A stretch of DNA of 40,790 nucleotides from Alphaproteobacteria bacterium (GCA_963582805.1 CAUZTZ010000002.1:1-40790), one strand, 5' to 3'; positions 18,110 to 28,641 are shown, counted from the stretch's first letter. Made by a program: numbers and translations. The notes: generated by a model from the sequence alone, not told the origin.

Positions 18110-19078
18110 ATGGCCGCGCCGACCGAACCTTCCGCATATTCCCATCGCCACTTGCTTGGCATCGAAGGTCTTTCTCCCGGCGAAATTACCGCCCTTCTCG
18201 ATAAATCCAACATCTTCGTCGAACAGAACCGCGCCGCCGACAAGAAGCTCGACAGCCTCTTGGGGCGCACCGTTATCAATCTGTTCTTCGAAGGCTCGAC
18301 CCGGACCCGTACTTCGTTCGAGCTGGCCGGCAAGCGGCTCAGCGCCGATGTCATTAATATGTCGGTCTCCACCTCGTCGGTGGGCAAGGGCGAAACCCTG
18401 ATCGATACCGCCATGACCCTCAACGCCATGCATCCCGACGTGCTGGTGGTGCGCCACGGCCAATCGGGGGCGGCGCAGTTGTTGTCGGAAAAAATGAACT
18501 GCGCTGTCATCAATGCCGGCGACGGCAGCCACGAACATCCCACCCAGGCCTTGCTGGACGCGCTGACCATCCGCCGCCGGCGCGGCGATCTGGCTGGCCT
18601 TCGCATCGCCATCTGCGGCGATATCGCCCATTCCAGGGTGGCCCGCTCCAACATATTGCTGCTGGTCACCATGGGCGCCGAAGTGCGCGTCGTGGCGCCG
18701 CTGACACTTTTGCCCGCCGGTATCGAAAATCTCGGCGTCGAGGTGTTCCACGAAATGAAGGCCGGGCTCAGCGATTGTGACATCGTCATGATGCTGCGCC
18801 TGCAGAACGAGCGCATGGACGGCAATTATATCCCTTCGATCCGCGAATATTTCCATTTCTTCGGCCTCGATTACGACAAATTATCGGCCGCCAAGCCGGA
18901 CGCGCTGATCATGCATCCCGGCCCCGCCAACCGGGGCGTCGAGATCGATTCGGTGGTCGCCGATGATTTCAGCCGCTCCGTCATCCGCGAACAGGTAGAG
19001 ATGGGCGTCGCCGTCCGCATGGCGTGCCTGGATATATTGTCGGCAAACCTGGCTGCCGAAACCAAGAGGAACCTCTGA
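18110..19078 (+). CDS. pyrB: Aspartate carbamoyltransferase catalytic chain
   Basis: 322-aa ORF with the motifs [17 protein letters not shown] and HPGP. Confidence 0.95.
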   Translation: MAAPTEPSAYSHRHLLGIEGLSPGEITALLDKSNIFVEQNRAADKKLDSLLGRTVINLFFEGSTRTRTSFELAGKRLSADVINMSVSTSSVGKGETLIDTAMTLNAMHPDVLVVRHGQSGAAQLLSEKMNCAVINAGDGSHEHPTQALLDALTIRRRRGDLAGLRIAICGDIAHSRVARSNILLLVTMGAEVRVVAPLTLLPAGIENLGVEVFHEMKAGLSDCDIVMMLRLQNERMDGNYIPSIREYFHFFGLDYDKLSAAKPDALIMHPGPANRGVEIDSVVADDFSRSVIREQVEMGVAVRMACLDILSANLAAETKRNL

Positions 19079-20412
19079 TGGCCGCCGGCACCTGGACAGC
19101 GGCCATGCCCGACGATCCGCTGACGCGCACCGCCTATGTGAACGCCCGATTGCTGGACCCGGGAGCTGGGCTGGATGCGCCCGGCGGCGTCGTCACCGAC
19201 GGCGAAAGCATCATCGATGCCGGGCCCAGAATCGATGCGGCCGGATTGCCCAAGGGGACCGAAATCATCGATTGCGGCGGGTTATGCCTGGCCCCCGGTC
19301 TGGTCGATATAAGGGTGCAGATACGCGAGCCCGGCGAGGAGCATAAGGGCACCATCGAAAGCGCCGGCAAGTCGGCCACCGCCGGCGGCGTCACCACCAT
19401 GATCTGCCTGCCCAACACCATGCCGGTTATCCAAGATATGTCCGGGGTCGAATTTGTCGCCCGCCGGGCGCGCAAGATCGGGCTCTCCAAAATCTACCCC
19501 TACGCCGCCGCCACCAAAGACCTGGAAGGCAATGATCTGACCGAAATGGGCCTCCTGGCCGAGGCCGGCGCGGTGGCTTTCACCGACGGCGACAAGGTGA
19601 TCAAGGATGCCCAGGTCATGCGCCGGGCGCTCACCTACGCCAAGACATTCGGGCTGATCGTCATCCAGCGCCCGGAAGAGCCTTCGCTTGCCCGCGGCGG
19701 CGTGATGAATTCCGGCGAGATGGCGACCCGCCTGGGACTGACAGGTATTCCGGCGGCGGCCGAGATCATCATGGTCGAGCGCGATTTGAGGCTGGTGGAA
19801 TTGACCAGCGGGCGCCTGCATTTTTCCAACATCTCCACCGGCGAGGCAGTCCGCGCCATCGCCGCCGCCAAGGCGCGCGGCTTCGATGTGACTTGTGATA
19901 CGGCGCCGCCCTATTTCGCCCTCAACGAAACCTCGGTCGGCGAGTACCGCACCTTCGCCAAGCTGTCGCCGCCGCTTAGAAGCGAAGCCGACCGCCTCGC
20001 CGTCGCCGGCGGACTGGCCGACGGCACCATCGATTGCATTGCGTCCGACCACGCCCCCCACGACCAGGATTCCAAGCGCCTGCCCTTTGGCGAGGCGGCG
20101 TTTGGCGGCGTTGGGCTGGAAACCCTGCTGCCCATATCGTTGGAGCTTTACCACAACGGCCAGATGAAGCTGCTGGATGTGATTGCCAAGCTGACTTCGG
20201 CGCCCGCCGATGTGATGCGGCTCGGCGCCGGGCGATTGGCAAAAGGCGCGCCCGCCGATCTCTCCTTGTTCGATCCCGATCAGGGCTGGCAGGTGGACGC
20301 CGACCAGCTGGCCAGCAAGGCCAAAAATTCCCCCTTCGACGGCCGCCCGGTGCAGGGCGTTGTCCGGCGCACCGTGATCGATGGGCGCACCGTGTTCGTC
20401 CGCGAAGCCTGA
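19078..20412 (+). CDS. Dihydroorotase-like protein lacking the HxH metal-binding dyad (probable non-catalytic PyrC-prime type ATCase partner)
   Basis: ORF 19024..20412. The ATG at 19078 overlaps the pyrB TGA by 1 nt. The amidohydrolase fold is recognisable (SDHAPH retained), but the canonical D-x-H-x-H-x-R-E-P-G reads D-I-R-V-Q-I-R-E-P-G (19306-19335). Confidence 0.8.
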   Translation: MAAGTWTAAMPDDPLTRTAYVNARLLDPGAGLDAPGGVVTDGESIIDAGPRIDAAGLPKGTEIIDCGGLCLAPGLVDIRVQIREPGEEHKGTIESAGKSATAGGVTTMICLPNTMPVIQDMSGVEFVARRARKIGLSKIYPYAAATKDLEGNDLTEMGLLAEAGAVAFTDGDKVIKDAQVMRRALTYAKTFGLIVIQRPEEPSLARGGVMNSGEMATRLGLTGIPAAAEIIMVERDLRLVELTSGRLHFSNISTGEAVRAIAAAKARGFDVTCDTAPPYFALNETSVGEYRTFAKLSPPLRSEADRLAVAGGLADGTIDCIASDHAPHDQDSKRLPFGEAAFGGVGLETLLPISLELYHNGQMKLLDVIAKLTSAPADVMRLGAGRLAKGAPADLSLFDPDQGWQVDADQLASKAKNSPFDGRPVQGVVRRTVIDGRTVFVREA

Positions 20413-20428
20413 GCTTAAGGAGACGAAC

Positions 20429-21031
20429 GTGGAAACGCCGGGCACATCCATTGCCATTGTCGCCATCCTTTCCTATTTGTTGGGCTCGATCCCGTTTGGA
20501 TGGCTGCTGACCCGCTTCGCCGGGCTTGGCGATATCCGCAATGTGGGGTCCGGCAATGTGGGCGCCACCAACGTCTTGCGCACCGGGCACAAAGGCATCG
20601 CGGCGGCGACATTGATCCTGGATGTGGCCAAGGGCGCGGCCCCGGTTGTGGCGCTCATCGTCTGGCCAATTGGCCACGCCGATCTGGGATTGATGGCCGG
20701 GCTGGCCGCCATCCTCGGCCATAACTTTCCGGTCTGGCTCAAATTCCGGGGCGGCAAGGGTTTCGCCACCTCCATCGGCGCGCTGCTGGTCATCGCCTGG
20801 CCGGTTGGGCTCGCCTACTGCATCATCTGGCTGGTGATGCTGGCCTTGTTCCGCTATTCGTCCCTGGCCACCATCATCGCCTTCGCCATCGCGCCGGTCT
20901 TCGCCTTTGCTCTAACCGACAAGAAGGTGACGGCGCTCGCCATCATCCTGGCGGTGCTCGGCGTCGCCCGCCACCACGCCAACATCCGCCGCCTGACCCG
21001 CGGCGAAGAAAGCAAAGTCGGCGGCGCCTAA
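20429..21031 (+). CDS. plsY: Glycerol-3-phosphate acyltransferase (acyl-phosphate dependent)
   Basis: ORF 20381..21031. The GTG at 20429 is preceded by AAGGAG (20417-20422). It has the motifs LLGSIPFG and GSGNVGATNVLR and is a multi-TM protein. Confidence 0.88.
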   Translation: METPGTSIAIVAILSYLLGSIPFGWLLTRFAGLGDIRNVGSGNVGATNVLRTGHKGIAAATLILDVAKGAAPVVALIVWPIGHADLGLMAGLAAILGHNFPVWLKFRGGKGFATSIGALLVIAWPVGLAYCIIWLVMLALFRYSSLATIIAFAIAPVFAFALTDKKVTALAIILAVLGVARHHANIRRLTRGEESKVGGA

Positions 21032-21124
21032 TTGCAACTCAGGGTGCTTCGCGCACAATATGTGTTTGCATTTTCTTTTTCTCTTTTATGATGAGCGGCC
21101 ACGCGGCACCCGTGTAACAGTAAT

Positions 21125-22267
21125 TTGGGGCTCCCGGTTTTGAATGGCACGCGCAAATCTTTGACCGATGGCGAACGGCTCGACTGGCTGCGCCTGATCC
21201 GCAGTGAGAATGTCGGCCCGATTACCTTCCACCGGTTGCTGGAACGTTATGGCAGCGCCGGGCGGGCGCTGGAGGCGTTGCCGGAACTGGCGGCCAAGGG
21301 CGGCGCCCGGCGTATCCGTATTGCCTCGAAAACAGATACGGCGGCGGAATTGGAGCAAGTAGCCGGGTCCGGCGCCCAATTGATCGCGCTGTCCGAAGAA
21401 CATTACCCGCCGCTCCTGCGCCAGACCGAAGGTGCGCCGCCGCTGATCGCCGTCATCGGGCATCCGCATCTTTTGATCAAAAAGGCGCTGGCCGTGGTCG
21501 GCGGGCGCAACGCGTCAGCCAACGGCCTTGGCCTGGCCGAGCGGCTGGCTCGCGATGTCGGCGCCGAGGGTTATCTGATTGTATCGGGCATGGCGCGGGG
21601 CATCGACCGGGCCGCCCACGAGGGCGCAATCGATAGCGGCACGGCGGCGGTTCTGGCCGGCGGCACGGATGTCATCTACCCGAAGGAAAATTCCGACATC
21701 TATCAGCGCATCGTTGATGGCGGCGCGGCCTTGTCGGAAATGCCCTTGGGCACCAAGCCCCAGGCGCGACATTTCCCGCGCCGCAACCGCATCATATCGG
21801 GCATGGCGCGCGGCGTTCTGGTGGTCGAGGCGACGCAAAAATCGGGCTCGCTGATCACCGCGCGTTTCGCCGCCGAACAGAACCGCGAGGTTTTTGCAGT
21901 GCCGGGATCGCCGCTCGACCCGCGCACCCAGGGCGCTAACCAGTTGATCAAGGATGGCGCCCATCTTGTGCAATCGGCCGCCGATATCATGGAAATTTTA
22001 TCGGGGCTGTTTCAGTCCAATCTCGAGGAACCACAAACTATTGAAAACATTGATGAAAACGTAACCCCAACATCCCCCGGCGATGTCGATGCGGGACGGG
22101 GCGCGATAAAAAAACTGCTCGGCCCAACGCCCATAGCGGTTGACGAACTGATACGCCGGTGCCAAATGTCCTTAGCCGTCGTGTCGACGGTGTTGTTGGA
22201 ACTTGAATTGGCGGGACGGCTGGAACGGCATCCCGGCAACCAGGTTTCGACGATTGGCGAACTTTAA
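21125..22267 (+). CDS. dprA: DNA-processing protein A (Smf)
   Basis: 380-aa ORF with the Rossmann-like core VSGMARGIDRAAHEGA and a C-terminal winged-helix-like region. The start codon is uncertain (TTG at 21125 or 21140). Confidence 0.85.
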   Translation: MGLPVLNGTRKSLTDGERLDWLRLIRSENVGPITFHRLLERYGSAGRALEALPELAAKGGARRIRIASKTDTAAELEQVAGSGAQLIALSEEHYPPLLRQTEGAPPLIAVIGHPHLLIKKALAVVGGRNASANGLGLAERLARDVGAEGYLIVSGMARGIDRAAHEGAIDSGTAAVLAGGTDVIYPKENSDIYQRIVDGGAALSEMPLGTKPQARHFPRRNRIISGMARGVLVVEATQKSGSLITARFAAEQNREVFAVPGSPLDPRTQGANQLIKDGAHLVQSAADIMEILSGLFQSNLEEPQTIENIDENVTPTSPGDVDAGRGAIKKLLGPTPIAVDELIRRCQMSLAVVSTVLLELELAGRLERHPGNQVSTIGEL

Positions 22268-22288
22268 ATTTTATATAAGTAAAAAATT

Positions 22289-24910
22289 ATGACCGATCTC
22301 GTCGTGGTCGAATCACCGGCCAAGGCCAAAACAATCAACCGCTATCTTGGCGACGGATACAAGGTGCTGGCCAGCTACGGCCACATTCGTGATCTGCCGT
22401 CGAAGAACGGTTCCGTGCGCCCGGACGACGACTTCGCCATGGAATGGGAAATCGATGCCAAGGCGAAAAAGCATGTGAACGAGATCGCCAGCGCCGTCAA
22501 GGGCGCCGATTATCTGTATCTGGCGACCGATCCGGACCGCGAAGGCGAAGCCATTTCCTGGCACGTACAGGAAGTCCTCGAAAAGCAAAAGCTTCTGGAG
22601 GGCGTCAAGGTCAAGCGCGTCGTCTTCAACGAGATCACCAAGACCGCCATTCTGGAAGCCTTTGCCAATCCGAGGGAGCTGGACAAGGAGCTGGTCGATG
22701 CGTACCTGGCGCGCCGGGCGCTGGACTATCTGGTCGGCTTTACCCTGTCGCCGGTATTGTGGCGCAAATTGCCGGGCAGCCGCTCGGCGGGGCGCGTACA
22801 ATCGGTGGCCTTGCGCCTCATTTGCGAGCGCGAAACCGAGATCGAAAAATTCAACCCGGTGGAATATTGGTCCTTGCGCGCCAAATTCTCCACCGGCGCC
22901 GGCGAATTCTGGGGCGCCCTGACGCATCTGGACGGCAAAAAGCTTACCCGTACGTCGATCGGCGACGAAGCCACCGCCAAGGCCGCCGAGGCGCGTATCC
23001 AGAGCACTTCGTTTGCCGTTTCCAAGGTCGAGCGCAAGCAGACCCGGCGCCATCCGTCGCCGCCTTTCACCACCTCGACCATGCAGCAGGAAGCCGCGCG
23101 CAAATTGTATTTCGCCACCAAGCGCACCATGCAGGTCGCCCAGAGGCTGTACGAAGGCATCAACATCAATGGCGAGACGGTCGGGCTTATCACCTATATG
23201 CGGACCGACGGCGTCTCCATTTCGGGCGAGGCTATCGGCCAGGCGCGGGGTTTCATCGGCGAAGCCTACGGTGCCAATTATGTGCCCAAGGACGCCCGCG
23301 TCTATAAAACCAAGGCCAAGAACGCCCAGGAAGCGCACGAGGCGATCCGCCCCACCGATATGCGCCGCCGGCCCGAAGATCTGCACGCGCTCGATAGCGA
23401 TCAGCGCAAGCTTTATGAGCTGATCTGGAAGCGGGCCATCGCCAGCCAGATGGAATCGGCGGTCCTCGATCAAGTGGCCGCCGATCTGCGCGGCGCCGGC
23501 GCGGGGCAAGCTGACGATACATTGACATTACGGGCGACCGGCTCGGTAATCGCCTTCGATGGTTTTTTGAAGCTGTATCTGGAAGGCACCGACGACGAGG
23601 AGGTGGACGAAGGCAACCGCCGCCTGCCGAACGTGACCGAAGGCTTAGGCCTGGAGCGCACCGGCATTGAGACCGAGCAGCATTTCACCCAGCCGCCGCC
23701 GCGCTTTTCCGAAGCCAGTCTGGTCAAGCGGCTGGAAGAGCTGGGCATCGGGCGGCCTTCCACCTACGCCTCGATCATATCGGTGCTGCAGGACCGCGAT
23801 TACGTCATCTTGGACAAGCGCCGCTTCCAGCCCGAAGACCGGGGCCGTCTGGTCACCGCGTTTCTGTCGAGCTTCTTCGAGAGGTACGTGGAATATGATT
23901 TCACCGCCGATCTGGAAGAAAAGCTGGACGATATCTCCGGCGGGCGCATCGAATGGAAGACCGTGCTGCGCGACTTCTGGACAGCCTTTAATGCGGCGGT
24001 CGAGCAAACCAGCGGCCTCCGCGTGCGCGAGGTTCTCGACAATTTAAACGAGCTTTTGGGTCCGCACTTCTTTCCCGATACCGGCGACGGCGATCCCCGC
24101 GTCTGCCCGACCTGCTCCGAAGGCCAGCTTAGTTTAAAATTGGGACGCCACGGCGCCTTTATTGGCTGCTCGCGCTATCCCGATTGCCGCTTTACGCGCC
24201 CGCTGGTGGTGCCGGATGGTGAGGGAAAGACCATCGCCGCCGATTCCGGGCCGGTCGAGCTGGGCCTCGAGCCCGGATCGGGCCTGTCGATCACGCTCCG
24301 GCGAGGGCCGTACGGATATTACGTGCAGTTGGGCGAGCCGGAAGGCAAGACCAAGCCCAAGCGCGCCTCGGTCACCAAGGATATGGACCCGGCGACCGTT
24401 GATCTCAAAATCGCCCTCGGGCTGTTGTCCTTGCCCCGCGATATTGGCCTGCATCCGGAAACCAGGGAAATGATCCAGGCCGGCATCGGCCGCTTTGGCC
24501 CCTATATCAAACTTGAAGGCACCTATGTGTCATTAAAAGAAGACTCGGTGCTGGAGATTGGCCTCAACCGGGCCGTCACCCTGCTGGCCGATGCGCCGCG
24601 CAAACCGGCGCCCAAGGAGATTGGCGCACACCCCAAGGACGGCAAGCCGATCACCATCCGCGCCGGCCGCTGGGGGCCGTTCGTGCAGCATGGCCGCACC
24701 CGCGCCGCCATCCCCAAAGGCACCGATGCCGACACGCTGACCATCGAAGCGGCGGCCGAGCTGATCGCCGCCAAGGGCGGCGCCAAAGCCAAGGCGCCCG
24801 CCAAAAAGAAAAAAGCCAAAGCCAAAGCGGCGAAGAAATCCAAGGCAAAGCCCGAGCCGGAGACCGCAGAGCCGGAGACCGCGGCACTTGAGAAAGCGGC
24901 TGACGATTAA
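22289..24910 (+). CDS. topA: DNA topoisomerase I
   Basis: 873-aa ORF with the TOPRIM N-terminus LVVVESPAKAKTINRYLG, an active-site region, a C-terminal Zn-ribbon-like CPTC...C..C and a Lys-rich tail. Confidence 0.97.
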   Translation: MTDLVVVESPAKAKTINRYLGDGYKVLASYGHIRDLPSKNGSVRPDDDFAMEWEIDAKAKKHVNEIASAVKGADYLYLATDPDREGEAISWHVQEVLEKQKLLEGVKVKRVVFNEITKTAILEAFANPRELDKELVDAYLARRALDYLVGFTLSPVLWRKLPGSRSAGRVQSVALRLICERETEIEKFNPVEYWSLRAKFSTGAGEFWGALTHLDGKKLTRTSIGDEATAKAAEARIQSTSFAVSKVERKQTRRHPSPPFTTSTMQQEAARKLYFATKRTMQVAQRLYEGININGETVGLITYMRTDGVSISGEAIGQARGFIGEAYGANYVPKDARVYKTKAKNAQEAHEAIRPTDMRRRPEDLHALDSDQRKLYELIWKRAIASQMESAVLDQVAADLRGAGAGQADDTLTLRATGSVIAFDGFLKLYLEGTDDEEVDEGNRRLPNVTEGLGLERTGIETEQHFTQPPPRFSEASLVKRLEELGIGRPSTYASIISVLQDRDYVILDKRRFQPEDRGRLVTAFLSSFFERYVEYDFTADLEEKLDDISGGRIEWKTVLRDFWTAFNAAVEQTSGLRVREVLDNLNELLGPHFFPDTGDGDPRVCPTCSEGQLSLKLGRHGAFIGCSRYPDCRFTRPLVVPDGEGKTIAADSGPVELGLEPGSGLSITLRRGPYGYYVQLGEPEGKTKPKRASVTKDMDPATVDLKIALGLLSLPRDIGLHPETREMIQAGIGRFGPYIKLEGTYVSLKEDSVLEIGLNRAVTLLADAPRKPAPKEIGAHPKDGKPITIRAGRWGPFVQHGRTRAAIPKGTDADTLTIEAAAELIAAKGGAKAKAPAKKKKAKAKAAKKSKAKPEPETAEPETAALEKAADD

Positions 24911-24921
24911 GGAATTTCCAA

Positions 24922-26955
24922 GTGGCGCGCGCCTCTAAGCGAGCAAACTCCAAAAAATCCAGCGGCCATCACGCCGACGCGCGGCGCTTGCCGCCGGTTT
25001 GCGTCGTCGAAGTGACCGGCGTCAGCGATGATGGCGAGCTTCTGGCGCGCCAGGTGGGCGGCGCCGTTGATGGCAAGCCGCCGCGCATCGTGATCTCCCA
25101 GAAGAAACGCCCGGGACGGCCGGGGCGGTCCGGGCGCAAGCAACGACGCGGCGGTGCGCCGGCGCAAGGCCCGGCGCTGGGTACCGGCGACCGGGCCCTG
25201 GTCCGGCTAACGCCCATGGCGGGCGGCTACCGGGCCGAGATCATGCGCCGGCTGGATGCCGGGCCGGGAACAATGCTCGGCATTTATGACGGCAAGGGGC
25301 GCATCCGGCCCACCGGCAAAAGCGACCGCCATGAATTGCTGGTGGACGCCGCGGACGCCGGCGGCGCGGCGGCGGGGGAATTGGTGGTCGCCGAGATTGC
25401 CGCCCGCCGCCGGGCCGGCCCGCTGGAAGCGCGCATTGTCGAGACCTTGGGGATCGAACCTGGCAGCCGCGCCTACAGCCAGATCGCTATCCACAGCCAC
25501 GGCCTGCCGTCGGTCTTTTCAGACGCGGCCCTGGCGGAAGCGGATGCCGCTTCTGCCATCCCCGGTGATGGGCGCGCCGATCTTCGGGCCATCCCCCTGG
25601 TCACCATCGATGGCGCCGATGCCCGCGATTTCGACGATGCAGTCTGGGCGCAACCGGTTCAGGACGATGCCGGGCACGGCTGGAACCTGATCATCGCCAT
25701 TGCCGATGTGGCCGCCTATGTCAAACCCGGCTCGGCCCTCGATGGCGACGCCCGCCAAAGGGGCAATTCGGTTTATTTCACCGACCGGGTGGTGCCGATG
25801 CTGCCCGAAGCCCTGTCCAACGGCTGGTGTTCGCTGAAACCCGATGCGGAGCGCGCCTGTCTGGCGGTCCATATCCGCATCGATGCGGCTGGCAATATGT
25901 TGCGCCACCGCATCGAGCGCGGCGTCATGCGCTCGGCTGCGCGGCTGACTTATGCCGAGGTGCAGGAATGGCGGGACGGCGAGGCAACATTGCCGAAAGC
26001 CATCGAAGCCGCGGTCCACAATCTATACGGCGCCTTCGAAGCCTTGAAAATGGCCGCCGATGGGCGCCAGACCTTGGACCTTGATATGCCCGAACAAAAG
26101 ATCGAGCTGGATGCAGACGGCGAGGTGACGTCCATCGGCGCTGCGCCAAAATATGACAGCCACCAATTGATCGAGACTTTCATGATCGCCGCCAACGTGG
26201 CCGCCGCGGAAACCTTGGAAAAAGCCCGCCAGCCATTTTTGTACCGGGTGCACGACGAGCCGCCCGCCGACAAGCTGGATGCGTTTCGCGATTTTATCGG
26301 CAGTCTCGGTCTCAAGCTGGCCAAGGGACAGGTGCTGCGCGCCGCCGAATTTAACCGCCTGATCGCCGAGGCCAAGACCTTGGAAGACGGCCACATGGTG
26401 GCGGTCGCGGTTTTGCGCTCCCAGGCCCAGGCCGTCTACACGCCCACCAATATCGGCCATTTCGGTCTCGGCCTCCGGCGCTATTGCCACTTCACCTCGC
26501 CGATCAGGCGCTACGCCGATCTTCTCGTGCACCGGGCGCTGATCGCCGGGCTTGGCCTCGGCGGCGATGGCGGCGATCGCGCTGGCGAAAATATCGATTG
26601 GCACGAGACGGGCGCTGATTTAAGCGATTCGGAACGCCGCGCCGCCGCCGCCGAGCGCGACGTGAAAGACCGCTTCGCCGCCGCCTGGCACGCCAAGCAT
26701 CTGGATGGGCGCTTAAGAGGGCGCATTTCGGGCGTCACCCGCCATGGCCTGTTCGTGACCCTGGACGGCACCCTGGCCGATGGTTTTGTTCCCATGCGTT
26801 ATCTGCCCGACGATCATTACCGGCTGGATGAGCCGGCCCGCCGTCTGGTTGGCCGGCGCCGCAAATTGGTGTTTCGCATTGGCGATAACGTGGCTTTGGA
26901 AATTCGCGATTGCGAGCCGCTCCGGGGATCGCTGGTGTTGGAGATTGTCCGCTAA
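24922..26955 (+). CDS. rnr: Ribonuclease R (RNB family 3'-5' exoribonuclease)
   Basis: 677-aa ORF starting at GTG, with AAGGAA 7 nt upstream. It has the RNB motif TIDGADARDFDDAV and a C-terminal S1-like domain (GRISGVTRHGLFVTL). Confidence 0.88.
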   Translation: MARASKRANSKKSSGHHADARRLPPVCVVEVTGVSDDGELLARQVGGAVDGKPPRIVISQKKRPGRPGRSGRKQRRGGAPAQGPALGTGDRALVRLTPMAGGYRAEIMRRLDAGPGTMLGIYDGKGRIRPTGKSDRHELLVDAADAGGAAAGELVVAEIAARRRAGPLEARIVETLGIEPGSRAYSQIAIHSHGLPSVFSDAALAEADAASAIPGDGRADLRAIPLVTIDGADARDFDDAVWAQPVQDDAGHGWNLIIAIADVAAYVKPGSALDGDARQRGNSVYFTDRVVPMLPEALSNGWCSLKPDAERACLAVHIRIDAAGNMLRHRIERGVMRSAARLTYAEVQEWRDGEATLPKAIEAAVHNLYGAFEALKMAADGRQTLDLDMPEQKIELDADGEVTSIGAAPKYDSHQLIETFMIAANVAAAETLEKARQPFLYRVHDEPPADKLDAFRDFIGSLGLKLAKGQVLRAAEFNRLIAEAKTLEDGHMVAVAVLRSQAQAVYTPTNIGHFGLGLRRYCHFTSPIRRYADLLVHRALIAGLGLGGDGGDRAGENIDWHETGADLSDSERRAAAAERDVKDRFAAAWHAKHLDGRLRGRISGVTRHGLFVTLDGTLADGFVPMRYLPDDHYRLDEPARRLVGRRRKLVFRIGDNVALEIRDCEPLRGSLVLEIVR

Positions 26956-27057
26956 TCCCCGCCCCGGCCTTGCAAATTGGCGGATCGATCCGACATATTG
27001 TATAACGAGACGCGAAGCATTGGACGCCAGCGGATTGGCCGATTTAATCGGAGCGAT

Positions 27058-28641
27058 ATGAAACAGGCGGGGAACCAGACCAAGCGCAGAATAGCGCGGC
27101 CGCAAACTTTGGCGGCGGCGGCGGTCTTGTTGTTGTCGGGCTGCGCCGCCCCGAAGGCGGTGACCGAGCCCGCCGATACGTTTCCCAGCGCCGAGGCGCG
27201 GCAAACCTTCTCGGTCGGGTTTCGCCAGATATCCGACCGCTTTATCGAGAAAATTTCGGTGCGCAAACTGGCCATCGAAGGCTTGAAGGGCCTCGGCACA
27301 ATCGACGGCGCCATCCATATCAACAACAAAGATGGGATCATCCAGGTGCGCGCCGAAGAGACCGTTATCCGCCGGCTAGCGGCGCCCGATGCCAATGACG
27401 CGGACGCCTGGTCGCGCCTCACGGTCGATGCCATCGGCGCCGCCAGGCAGGCCTCAAGCCCCTTGGGCGAGGCCAATGTGGAGCGCCTTTATGAGGCCGT
27501 GTTTAACGCCTCGATCTCGCTCCTTGATCCCTTTTCCCGTTATTCCAGCGCCGAAAAAGCCAGCCGCAACCGGGAGCGGCGCTCCGGTTTCGGCGGCATC
27601 GGCGTACGCTTTACCACCACACAAGAAGGCGCGCGCATCACCGAAGTGTTCGACGGCGCGCCATCAGCCCGCGCCGGGTTAAAGCCTGATGATTTGATCA
27701 CCCATGTGAATAGCCGCCCGCTAGCCGATGTATCGCGGCGCAATATTTCCAAAATGATCAAGGGTGCGGTCGGCTCGACCGTGGAGCTGCGCCTTAACCG
27801 CGGCAGCGCACCGGCACCCATTGAAATATCGATCCGCCGCGCCCGCATTATTTCGCCGACGGTCTATTTGCAGGAGCGTAAAAACATCCTGTTCCTGCAA
27901 ATCAAAGGCTTCAACAAGCGCACCGCGCGCCAGCTTTCCCAATTGATCTCATCGGCGAAGCGGCGCCGGGCGCGCCCGATCAGCGGCTTGGTGCTGGATC
28001 TTCGCAGCAATCCCGGCGGATTGCTGTCACAGGCGGTCCGGGTCGCCGATTTGTTCCTTTCCGAGGGGCGCATTGTATCGACCCTCGGCCGCCATCCCGC
28101 CAGCCTCCACGATTACAACGCCCACCGCGCCGAATTGGGGCGTGATTTGCCCATGGTGGTCCTGGTGAACGGCCGCTCCGCCTCGGCGTCGGAGATCGTC
28201 GCCGCCGCCTTGCAGGATCAGGACCGGGCGCTGGTGATCGGCTCGGCATCGTTCGGCAAGGGCACCGTGCAGACCGTTATCCCGCTGCCCAACAAGGGCG
28301 AATTGATCCTGACCTGGTCGCGCTTCATCACGCCGTCGGGGTATTTTCTGAACGGCCTTGGGGTGCCGCCCTTTATCTGCACCAGTTTGTTGAGCGGCAG
28401 CGTATCGGAAATGGTCGATGCCACGGTCAGCAACGCGCCCAATCTGGCGCGCATGATCGAGCAGTGGCGGATGCCCGCACCGCGCGCCGACGACGAGAAA
28501 AAGCGGCTGAAATCGATCTGCCCGGCGACCGATTTGCGCCCCGACAGGGACGCCAAGCTGGCCGAATATTTGATCGGCAACCGCCACGCCTACCAGCGCA
28601 TCATGTCCCTGTCTCCGGCCATCGCATCGGCCATAAATTAG
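27058..28641 (+). CDS. S41 family C-terminal processing peptidase, probable lipoprotein
   Basis: ORF 26977..28641 with an ATG at 27058. It has the lipobox LLLSGC, a PDZ-like segment (GIGVRF...GAPSARAGLKPDD) and the catalytic region NGRSASASEIVAAALQD. Confidence 0.82.
   Translation: MKQAGNQTKRRIARPQTLAAAAVLLLSGCAAPKAVTEPADTFPSAEARQTFSVGFRQISDRFIEKISVRKLAIEGLKGLGTIDGAIHINNKDGIIQVRAEETVIRRLAAPDANDADAWSRLTVDAIGAARQASSPLGEANVERLYEAVFNASISLLDPFSRYSSAEKASRNRERRSGFGGIGVRFTTTQEGARITEVFDGAPSARAGLKPDDLITHVNSRPLADVSRRNISKMIKGAVGSTVELRLNRGSAPAPIEISIRRARIISPTVYLQERKNILFLQIKGFNKRTARQLSQLISSAKRRRARPISGLVLDLRSNPGGLLSQAVRVADLFLSEGRIVSTLGRHPASLHDYNAHRAELGRDLPMVVLVNGRSASASEIVAAALQDQDRALVIGSASFGKGTVQTVIPLPNKGELILTWSRFITPSGYFLNGLGVPPFICTSLLSGSVSEMVDATVSNAPNLARMIEQWRMPAPRADDEKKRLKSICPATDLRPDRDAKLAEYLIGNRHAYQRIMSLSPAIASAIN

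Noticed and set aside
19282-20466. 394-aa minus-strand ORF antisense to the dihydroorotase-like gene. Similar cases are 22313..23509, 35800..37077, 6844..7905, 13576..14394 and 37671..38624.
   Set aside because: All are antisense to genes with clear family motifs and show the compositional signature of GC-rich non-coding frames.
26981-26992. 12-bp palindrome CGGATCGATCCG within a TTGCAA-N18-CATATT promoter-like region upstream of the S41 peptidase gene
   Set aside because: Short GATC-centred palindromes are frequent by chance. The promoter hexamers are only a moderate match, so I did not list it as a feature.
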